64,000 nucleotides of DNA, taken from positions 868,001 to 932,000 of the forward strand of contig CM035357.1 of NCBI GenBank assembly GCA_020137815.1. Direction: 5' to 3'. This stretch comes from Hormiphora californensis. Lineage: Eukaryota > Animalia > Ctenophora. Below are positions 55,172 through 64,000 of this stretch, piece after piece; position 1 is the first letter of the stretch; each line of letters opens with the position of its first letter. A program made the translations under genes and the position numbers. Below the pieces are notes generated by a model, which was not told the DNA's origin, searched no databases, and was given only the letters and a program-made list of their open reading frames with translations.

Positions 55172-58100
55172 CTAAAGTTGCTGTTGCATCTGTTGCTGTT
55201 CCATTTGGAGCTGAACAACCCGTTGGGCCTCTTCTGCCTGCCTCTGCTGTTCCAATCTCTGGGCCTCCTCAAGCTGTCGTTGTTGCTCAAGTCTCTGTGC
55301 CTCTTCTTGTTGCCTCTGTGCTTCGATTTGTCTCTGTTGTTCCTCGATCTGTCTCTGCTGTTCCAGTCTTTGTTGCTCTTCAGCCTGTCTCTGTTGCTCA
55401 ATCCGTTGTTGCTCTTCAATTTGTCTTTGAGCCTCAATTTGCCTTTGTTGTTCCTCTTGCTGCCTCTGTTGCTCAATCCTTTGTTGCTCTTCAGCCTGTC
55501 TCTGTTGCTCAATCCGTTGTTGCTCTTCGAGCTGCCTCTGAGCCTCAATTTGTCTTTGTTGTTCCTCTTGCTGCCTCTGGTGTTCGTCTAATTGCCTCTG
55601 TTGTTCCAGGTTTTGTTGCTAAGGAGGGTTAATTTAAAATCGTAATCCACCGCCCAATATCCTAGCGCTACGTGTCCTAGACAATCACTAAGTGAGTGGA
55701 GCGGTGCGGTGAGCTGCATACAGAGAGAGGGGGCCGGAATCAGAGACAGAGAGAGAGAGGGAGAGAGAGAGAGAGGGGCGGAATCAGAGAGAGAGAGACC
55801 CTTGTTGTGCGCGCCACGTCAACCCATCCCGCCCACAATCGTGTCGTGGCGCGTTACATCTACTCACCGGCATGCGGCTAAATCTTGGTACAATAATTGG
55901 TACCAGCTGATCCTTGTTACAATATATGTTGCTACAGAGCTACCACCCCAATAACACTCAAACCCATCCCTGTTTCCCCAAACTCACCTCTCCAGCTGCA
56001 GCATCAGCTACAAGCTGTTTAGCTTTCTCAAGATCTTTAAATTTGTTAGCTGCCATGATTGCTTCTTTCAATTTCTCAGAATGTTCCTTCAGCATATCCA
56101 TGTTAACCTTGCTTTCTTCCTCGTATTTCTTGATCTTCTCTTCCCTAAAGTAGGTGGGTTTAGTGAAAATTGGTGGCGATGTTACCCCGTTTCTTGCAGG
56201 CAATCTTTAAAACCGTAGATACTAGATTGGAGTGATACTTGGCACTTGCCTAGCTCGACCATCTTTCCGTACAAATGTAAAAGAGGGTTAGAACATAATA
56301 AAGTGATACTGGGATCAGAGAGAGGCGGGAAACGGAAGGAAGTGATACATAGTAGTTACCCTCATTTTATGAAATAAAATGCGGTGTGAGCCACACAAGC
56401 AAAGCATGCCCTATTACCAAGCTAGAGAGGTGAAACAGAGAAAAGGAGAGATTTACTTAGACCTAAATTGTAAAAACAAACAAAATATGAATAGCTGCTA
56501 ACTGCTAAGAAAAGTCAAGTATCGACACCTCGTGACCACGTGATTTAATAACTCAAGTATTGAGACCACGTGATTTAATAACTATGGTACCTCGTTAGCG
56601 CCTCTTTCTTGGCCAACTCCTCCAGCTCCTTGGTATCTGTACTGTCCAGATTCTTCTCAAACTCACTCAACTGCGTTAGGGAAAATTGAGGAGTGTGTTA
56701 CTTCTGGTTTCTTTTATTTTAAACAAATGAAACCAACCCGATAGCTGTGTGGAGGGGGAGTGACCCGAAATGTCTGTTTTTGAAGTTGTTAACTCGCGTC
56801 GTCTATGCCTGACCAAACTCTGAACCACGCGAGTTCACCACAGGCCAGAGGGGTCACTCCCCTCCACATGTCTCCACTGCGGACGGTGCCGTCAGGCCTA
56901 CACAGCTGATCCAGACAACCCGATAGCCTCACCAAACCCCTCGTTCCCCTCACCCCTGAACCAGGAATCTCACCCCCTAAACCCTCAACCCCTCATACCT
57001 CAGCCTCATCGAACAACTGATCATCAAACACCGTCTCCCAGGGATCATTATGATCGAACTCCTTTCCCTTGCTATACTCTAGAAACTCTTCCAGTTGTAT
57101 AAACCCATCTCCACTTGTGTCCATATGTTCCACAACGTGTTCCCTCATCCTCGCTACCTCCTCATACTTTTCATCTTCTTCTACATCTTCCAGACCCTGG
57201 TGTGAGAGAGATGGTGTAATGGAGATGGAGGGAGGGAAGGGTCGAGGAAGGAGAGATAGGGGAGGGAGAGACGGTGTAATGAAGGGAGGGAGAGATGGTG
57301 TAATGGAGAGGGAGGGAGGGAGGGAGGGATATTAGGTTGCTTGTTATCCTTAATAAGGATTCCTTATCTTACTACCTATCTCTAGGAGAGGTCCATGATA
57401 CACCACACAAAATTTGTTTGCTTATTCGAGATACGACATATATAATTGATACTGTACAAATCAAGAGAGATTGAAAACTCACCTCAAATAATTCCTCGAC
57501 CTCTTTTTCAAAGATGGCCTCCATCTCAAAGAGGTCCCACTCATTGTCCCCGTTCATGTCGTGCATCCGGAAGAAGGTCTTAGGATCAAATGTTTCCCTG
57601 TCAAATCCTTCCGCTTCCCAAACGTCCTGAAATGTAGGATGGGGTACAAAGTGTAGTGTGAACCACACAAGATGGGGTTTCTTACTTTCTTGGCTGTTTC
57701 TCGAAAAATGTAACACTTAGATATTGGTAATGTTCAGCCTTCAGGGGTGGCGGAACCGAGGGGGTCCACTGTCAGAGATGATGACAGCATGACAGAGTGT
57801 GGTTCCATATGTTGCCTGGCTGGGGGTCGGGGGATGTGTATTATACCTGCAGTTGCTCCTTATTTCCAGGATGTTTCAGTTTCTGTCCATTGTCTTTCTT
57901 CTTTGTCTGTGCCTCCTCATCCAAAGCTTCCTGGACCTAAAGAGAGAGAGGAGGTAGAGAGGGAACCATTAGGAATCTAGGGAGGTCGAGATCATAGAAA
58001 GAGGGGGAGAGAAACAGGACACACAGAGGCAGATATCCAATCTCATCACCACACGGGAGAATTAGCATGATTAGGTAACCTAGCAACGCTAATCACTAAT

Positions 58101-60457
58101 GTTTTCTCATTTCCGCTCATTTAGCTGTTATTTGTGGTGAGAGCGGTGGCGTGAGCCTAGTGACATCAAACTTTGTGAGAGAAAATTCAGAAAATAACAA
58201 ACTTATTCAACATTTCTTACCTTTCTGTCATACTCATTCATGGCTCGCAGTGCCATTCGATGTTTTAGCTCCTTTTCCATTTCAAACTTTTTGAATTCCT
58301 TTCTACGTTGATCGTCCATCTGCTTCAACCTCTCGTGACGCTGAAAAGACAAACATTAAAGTACACCTCGCCAGATAAAAGTACTGGACAGCACAAATAA
58401 ATTAAAGTGAGGAAGTTTAGTTTTCTGTTTTCACCTTCCCGCTGTATAATTATAATAGGAAGATTAAAACGTGTATTGTAATTTGTTACAAAATTCTGAC
58501 CGATGGGCCATGTATTTCTATTTATCTCTGGAACTCCAGGAAGTACTAGTTGCAGTATTCTGTACACACTTACTCCACCCCACCCCCCTTTATTATATTA
58601 ACAACACCACAAACAATGCTTCCTACATACACTCAGCTCACGTGTTTATGGGATTAATATTTAAGGCCAGAGGGGGGGGTCGACGGGTTTTTTGGGGTGT
58701 TTTTTGAGGTATACGTTATATGAAAGCGCTGGGCAAGGCGGATCGATTAGAACAGACGTCATCGATGTTGCGCGCACCGTTTGGCCAAAATTTGGGGGTT
58801 AACATTTGGCCTATAATGGATGTTAACCCCTATAAATCAGGATTGGTGGGGTCTAGAACATCCATCATTGTACCAAAGGCTTCGTCTTGTCTTGATACAA
58901 CTTCCTGAAAAGTTTTATGTCGTTACTCCAACTACTTCTTGATTTTTTGGGGGTTTACAAAATATGCGGAAAAAGCCCTTTTTGCCTCTAATTTTGCTCT
59001 TTTTTGGGACATCCTGCCTAACTTCCTGAAATAACGGCTAGGACTCAGACCTTGCCGTTTGGCATAGTTGTTCTAGAGACCGTGTTCTTCAAATTTGGTG
59101 TAGCGATTTTTGATTAAGGCCCCCGTTCAAAAATTATAGGGGTTTACATAAAATTTTCATGGACAAAACAAATGTTAACCCCTATAATTTTTGAACGGGG
59201 GCCTTAATCAAAAATCGCTACACCAAATTTGAAGAACACGGTCTCTAGAACAACTATGCCAAACGGCAAGGTCTGAGTCCTAGCCGTTATTTCAGGAAGT
59301 TAGGCAGGATGTCCCAAAAAAGAGCAAAATTAGAGGCAAAAAGGGCTTTTTCCGCATATTTTGTAAACCCCCAAAAAATCAAGAAGTAGTTGGAGTAACG
59401 ACATAAAACTTTTCAGGAAGTTGTATCAAGACAAGACGAAGCCTTTGGTACAATGATGGATGTTCTAGACCCCACCAATCCTGATTTATAGGGGTTAACA
59501 TCCATTATAGGCCAAATGTTAACCCCCAAATTTTGGCCAAACGGTGCGCGCAACATCGATGACGTCTGTTCTAATCGATCCGCCTTGCCCAGCGCTTTCA
59601 TATAACGTATACCTCAAAAAACACCCCAAAAAACCCGTCGACCCCCCCCTCTGGCCTTAATATATAATGTGGTTTATGAGGCTGTTTAGTTCAAGAAACC
59701 AGCAAAAAAACAGCAAAAAAGAATATGTAATGTTTCAACTTCATCAAATAATGAGGACCAACTTCGTTCAGAGCAAACAGACACAAGCTCAATTTAGCAA
59801 ATCAGTCAATGAGTGTGATTGGGTACTAACTTCATTCAGTAGATGTTTAAGATCGTCGTGTGTAAAAGTATACAACTCTTCAGGAACATTGTCATCCATT
59901 TTGGCCTTCCGCAACTTCTGTTTGTACTCCATAATAATGTTTCGTTTTACCTGTGTGGGGGAATTGTAACGATAACTCAGATATCAATTATCATTGGTTA
60001 ATTCGGTTGATGATTAATTATATTATTCTATTATTAATCAATTAAACTATTCTCAGTTACTAATCAACTATTCTCTGTTAAACCTCGTCAAGTCTGCTCC
60101 GAATTTGGGGGTTGATCCGCCGGAGAGTTTTCTCGATGACTCCATTCTTAATATCTTCAGGCGAGGCATTCTTTAACAAGTTTACAATTTGAGGCTCGTG
60201 GCTAAAAACCTGAAAAACAGTTCTATCATTAATCAACTCCGTGTCATAATTGCCTTGTCCGATCCCCTCTCTTCATGCCCGGCTTTTACAAATTTAAAGG
60301 AGGGTTAGGAAAAGTGTGGTACAACTGATAAATAAGGTTTACTTACCAATAAAACTTGGTCAAGGTATCGTTCGTATTCTGATTTTGTAGGGATTACACT
60401 CTCATTGGCAGATACTAACACTATTGATAAACATAAAATCGACCATATCCTAATCAT
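55172..60457 (-). CDS. NUCB: Nucleobindin (NUCB1/2-like), 10 exons, ~530 aa, signal peptide, two EF-hands, Gln-rich tail
   Basis: Exons 60457-60347, 60209-60084, 59950-59831, 58340-58221, 57936-57847, 57626-57483, 57196-56999, 56670-56591, 56144-55988, 55618-55172. Motifs EYERYLDQV, EDIKNG, RSRLDEVKR, EFKKFEMEKE, HPGNKEQLQDVWE, FDPKTFFRMHDMNGD, RMREHVVEHMDTSGDGFIQLEEFL. An in-frame ATG also exists at 60472. Confidence 0.93.
58665..59656. mobile_element. 992-bp foldback element with TTAA TSD (Kolobok-like) in NUCB intron 3
   Basis: 485-bp arms (58665-59149 / 59172-59656), 22-nt loop; TTAA|GGCCAGAGG...CCTCTGGCC|TTAA; twin ORFs at 58720 and 59413. Confidence 0.9.
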
Positions 60458-60622
60458 CCTGCAAGGCACCATGTTAGGAAATGTTGCTGTTACCGAGAGT
60501 CTCGGTCCGAGAGACTGCTCATTGACACCTCTTAGCTTTTATTTAGAGATAGACTACTGTCTCAGAACAGAGGACTACAGTTTATTCATTTTTCCAATCA
60601 GGCGACTTCATAGTTAGTAGTA

Positions 60623-60794
60623 CAGTCGGACCCCGATTTAGGGCCCCCCTATTTAGTGGCACCCCGATTTAGGGACAGGATTTTTTTCCCCCGATATAAG
60701 AAATTAACCTTATTTGACCCCGATTTAGTGGACACCCCGATTTAGTGGACAAGAGCCTTTCCCCCGAGGGTGTCCCTAAATCGGGGTCCGACTG
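60623..60794. mobile_element. Tc1/mariner (pogo-like) MITE
   Basis: TA|CAGTCGGACCCCGATTTAGGG...CCCTAAATCGGGGTCCGACTG|TA; internal ACCCCGATTTAG repeats. Confidence 0.88.
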
Positions 60795-61358
60795 TATTTT
60801 AGCGAAGGCCCAAGGTAACGGTGATCTCAGATCTCTGTATCAGTCAAAATCAGCGCCTGCCACAGGCACACGATGCAGGTCCTTTTGACGATGCAGGTCC
60901 TTTTGACGAATGACGAGGAACAGGGGAACGCGTATGAGGCCTGACGGGACCCAGGTCTGTTATAGCAAGTACCAAAGTACGATTTTGACAATGATGCACT
61001 TGCATAAGCTGCTGGCCCTATGATAAGGCAGGGCTTTACCAAAGAAATAATAAGGAACACTCAACACGTGTGCGGGTGGAGCAAAAATTTATGAAAAGTT
61101 GGAAAAAACATCTCGAAAAACAAAAAACATCTCAGAATTAGAATGCGCGTTGCAAATGCATCGCATTGTTAGTCAATTTAGCGCGTTACGTTATTTTTAA
61201 ACTTGTGCGCATCATTTAAAGATTTAAAATCAAATGTGATCTGCTTTTGGGGCCAGATTTTAACGTTTTCCCGTCCAAGACGATTCTTGGAAAACCTAAA
61301 AGTCAGGGTGTTTTGAGCAGTTTTCAGCAGTCAGCACTCACGGTTGGCATGTCCCTAT

Positions 61359-61507
61359 AGTCGGATTTTTTGAAGTTGTCACCCCAAAATGACCGCGCAT
61401 GTGAAATTTATCAATTTTGACGCGCACACCACACGTTAACATGTGATGTGACGCGCAAAAACATTCCGCGCACGAGAAGGGGGGTGACAACTTCAAAAAA
61501 TCCGACT
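61359..61507. mobile_element. Short TIR element
   Basis: AGTCGGATTTTTTGAAGTTGTCACCCC / GGGGTGACAACTTCAAAAAATCCGACT; interior shared with 61696-61834; remnant at ~62211-62269. Confidence 0.75.
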
Positions 61508-61545
61508 TTATTTCCCCTTGAGGAGGACTGAAGCGTAAAGTCCAT

Positions 61546-61693
61546 GAGGCCCCTCGGAAATGTTCAAGTCATGCACAATCAAGTCACGCCCACCAATCAC
61601 AGCTCAGAACGCGCGAAGCACTCCGCGCGTTCTGAGCTGTGATTGGTGGGCGTGACTTGATTGTGCATGACTTGAACATTTCCGAGGGGCCTC
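61546..61693. mobile_element. Perfect hairpin MITE (70-bp arms, 8-nt loop) inserted into the left TIR of a related-family element (61541-61834)
   Basis: GAGGCCCCTCGG...CCGAGGGGCCTC flanked by AT. Removing it restores TCCATTTTTTT.CAACTGTTCACCC, the mirror of GGGTGAACAGTTGAAAAAAATGGA. Confidence 0.8.
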
Positions 61694-62318
61694 ATTTTTT
61701 TTCAACTGTTCACCCAAAAACTGAAATTTGATAAAAATTAGAATTTTCGTGGCGCGCGCTACACGTTAACATGTGATAGACGCGCAAAACAATTCCGCGC
61801 ACGACTTTGGGGGGTGAACAGTTGAAAAAAATGGAGTATAGGCCAACATTCAGGGCTTTTAGGGTTAGGGCTGGGCGCTGGCATTCGGGTTGGGGTTGGG
61901 CCTTGCCCATGCCAATGCCTTGGGGCTAGGGCTTGAGATTTCCTACCAGATAAACTTTGAGTTAGTCGAAACGGTTGAGTAATTTTGATACAGGGTACTG
62001 TATTGGTAAACGGGTCTTTAAACACCCAGATCATAACAGCGCCCTGGATTCTTTGCCCGAACCAACCTCAAAAAAAGTAAAACTAGGCCCCTCGTTGGAG
62101 GCAGGAGGGTATTATAGTGTGTTGCTGAGTCCCTCATGTTTGTACCCAGTACACACTACCAGGAACCAAAATCGTGAAAACAGTTGCCTCAAAGAGACAC
62201 CAATCATCATAAAGTCAGAATTTTCGACGTTGTCACCCCAAACTCAACAACTTCAAAAAACCCGACTTTACATCAACTATGTTATTGAACTTTTAATATT
62301 GTTGCACGATGCCAGTAC

Positions 62319-62427
62319 CAGGAACCGACCGAATCAGGAAATACTGGTCCCTGATTGGCTGATAACCAGTCACGTGACCTAAATAACGAGTTCTGACTGG
62401 TTGTTTACTTGTTTCGGTCGGTTCATG
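62319..62427. mobile_element. 109-bp hAT-like MITE, copy 3
   Basis: Same sequence as copy 2; flanks GCCAGTAC/GCGAGTAC. Confidence 0.88.
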
Positions 62428-62714
62428 GCGAGTACCATAATACCCATTTACGAAAGGTGTCAGCTATCATCATGATAACATGGACAGAGGAAACCCACTA
62501 ACTATAGTGCCAGCTCGCCAATCGTCACCATATGGGACACCCTGTATTTAGGCCGTGCCGTGAAAGTTTCACACATTGTGCAGTATATATCGGGTTATGG
62601 TTCTAGCTCAAAGATCAGGAACGGGCTTTGAAGCTTGCATGACATGCTCACTAACATCCATATGCCAATATTTTATGTATTTCTTTAATTTTATATCTGC
62701 CCTTATATAGTATC

Positions 62715-63659
62715 ATGAAGCCGGCATTATTACATTTTCTGGTATTTTGGGCGCTCTTCAATGATGTTCTAACTGGTTCTACCTGCTACGATCAAAAATG
62801 CTATAATTTCGATGGCACATACATAGACTGTGACAACGAAGATAATTATTGTCAACAAACCTTCAGCACTCCTGATAATGTCAAATGTACCCCCACTACA
62901 TCTTCTTTCTTAAGAAATAAAGTTTACTGCTATTCAACGTTTGGAGAGAGCGACACTTGTGATGTGGATGATGTTACCGGTAAGGCAAGTTGTCCGTATC
63001 ACTCAACTAGCCGACCCCGTACCGAATACCAAAGTGATGGCAATGGTAACAGTAATGTTCCTCCAACAGCAACAGAATCCACCCCGGAGGATAATGTGTA
63101 CATTTACATAACTTTAGGGACGATAATTAGTATTTTTTGTACTGCATCCTTTTTAGCGTGTAAATACAGGTGTTGCTGCCATTGCGCCCAGCGCTATAAT
63201 AGAAATCAATATGTTGAAACGCCTAATGATATCGAGATGAACGATAGGACACATTCTCAGCAGAATCCCCCACTATCCGGACCTTCCCATCCTTCAGGCC
63301 CTACACCCGGGGTACCTTTCTACCCAACAGCCCCTACACCCGGTGTACCTTTCTACCCAACAGCCCCTACACCCGGTGTACCTTTCTACCCAACAGCCCC
63401 CTTCCAGGGAAAACCGTCATACCCCTCTTCGACTACCCAGGACGTATCTTTCCACCCATCTGCACCTGTCCAGGACGTATCTTTCTATCCCTCTGCACCT
63501 GTCCAGGACGGTATATCTTCATACCCTCCACCCGGATCCCAAGATCAGGCAGCAGTCCCTCTTGTTCCGGCAGTAGTTCCTCTCGTTCAACAGGGGAGTG
63601 GTAACGAACCACCACCACCCTCGTATAATGATGTTATAGGGCATCCTGGAAACTACTAA
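62715..63659 (+). CDS. Intronless type I membrane protein: signal peptide, Cys-rich ectodomain, TM, Cys cluster, Pro-rich tail with PPxY (Shisa/VOPP1/WBP1-like architecture)
   Basis: 314-aa ORF; 8 Cys in the ectodomain; TM VYIYITLGTIISIFCTASFLAC; RCCCHC; 33-bp repeats PTPGVPFYPTA x3; EPPPPSYNDV. Confidence 0.8.
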   Translation: MKPALLHFLVFWALFNDVLTGSTCYDQKCYNFDGTYIDCDNEDNYCQQTFSTPDNVKCTPTTSSFLRNKVYCYSTFGESDTCDVDDVTGKASCPYHSTSRPRTEYQSDGNGNSNVPPTATESTPEDNVYIYITLGTIISIFCTASFLACKYRCCCHCAQRYNRNQYVETPNDIEMNDRTHSQQNPPLSGPSHPSGPTPGVPFYPTAPTPGVPFYPTAPTPGVPFYPTAPFQGKPSYPSSTTQDVSFHPSAPVQDVSFYPSAPVQDGISSYPPPGSQDQAAVPLVPAVVPLVQQGSGNEPPPPSYNDVIGHPGNY

Positions 63660-64000
63660 AACATCGTATGATGTTATGTGATGTGATCTTTCAGTTATGG
63701 AAGTAATGAAGTGTTTTACTGTGATTTGAACAGTGAGTTCAAGTTCGCAACTAGATGATAAACAACTTAGTACCTAGTAAAACTGATTTAAAATAGATGA
63801 TAAACAACTTGGTGACGCAGTCACCCTTACAACTCGCAAAACGAAGCCCGCGCCACCAAATAAACAACTTAGTACTTAGTAAAACTGAGGTATGTTTTAA
63901 AAAAAGATAAGCGTCTTATAATTTATACAGACATTTTTTTCCAGAGTGGATTTTAGAAGTTTGAAACATTTTTAACCGGTCACTATACAAACAATCTCAC

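Noticed and set aside
55159-55632. Leu-rich, Val/Ala-rich and Asn/Arg-rich ORFs in the track
   Set aside because: Alternative frames and antisense of the Gln-rich last exon of nucleobindin.

Overview
Compact, intron-rich, (CT/AG)n-rich eukaryotic (animal) DNA. It is most likely a ctenophore of the Pleurobrachia type; this is inferred from recall of the 109-bp MITE family and the gene style and is not verified. Splicing GT-AG exons by hand, with reading-frame phase checked at each junction, gives these genes: the 3' end of an ACBP gene; a 16-exon Frizzled/Smoothened-like (class F) GPCR with an unusual Met/His-rich DHSKM N-terminus and a nested antisense gene; one or two disordered Tyr-motif proteins; a probable ciliary protein; SPATS1 head-to-head with FAM72; intronless protrudin (ZFYVE27) closely followed by an unknown gene; nucleobindin; and a Cys-rich type I membrane protein with a PPxY tail. 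Repeats include a deleted Ty3/Gypsy element (TTTAAAC -1 frameshift plus pseudoknot, and a circularly permuted copy of its 5' region), a CR1-like LINE end, and foldback/MITE families separable by target-site duplication (TA, TTA, TTAA, 8 bp, 9 bp, AT). There is also a CCCTAA-containing satellite and a set of X-box-like intronic arrays. Roughly 18.3-30 kb looks like low-accuracy long-read sequence and should be treated with caution. All family assignments come from motif recognition, not database searches.
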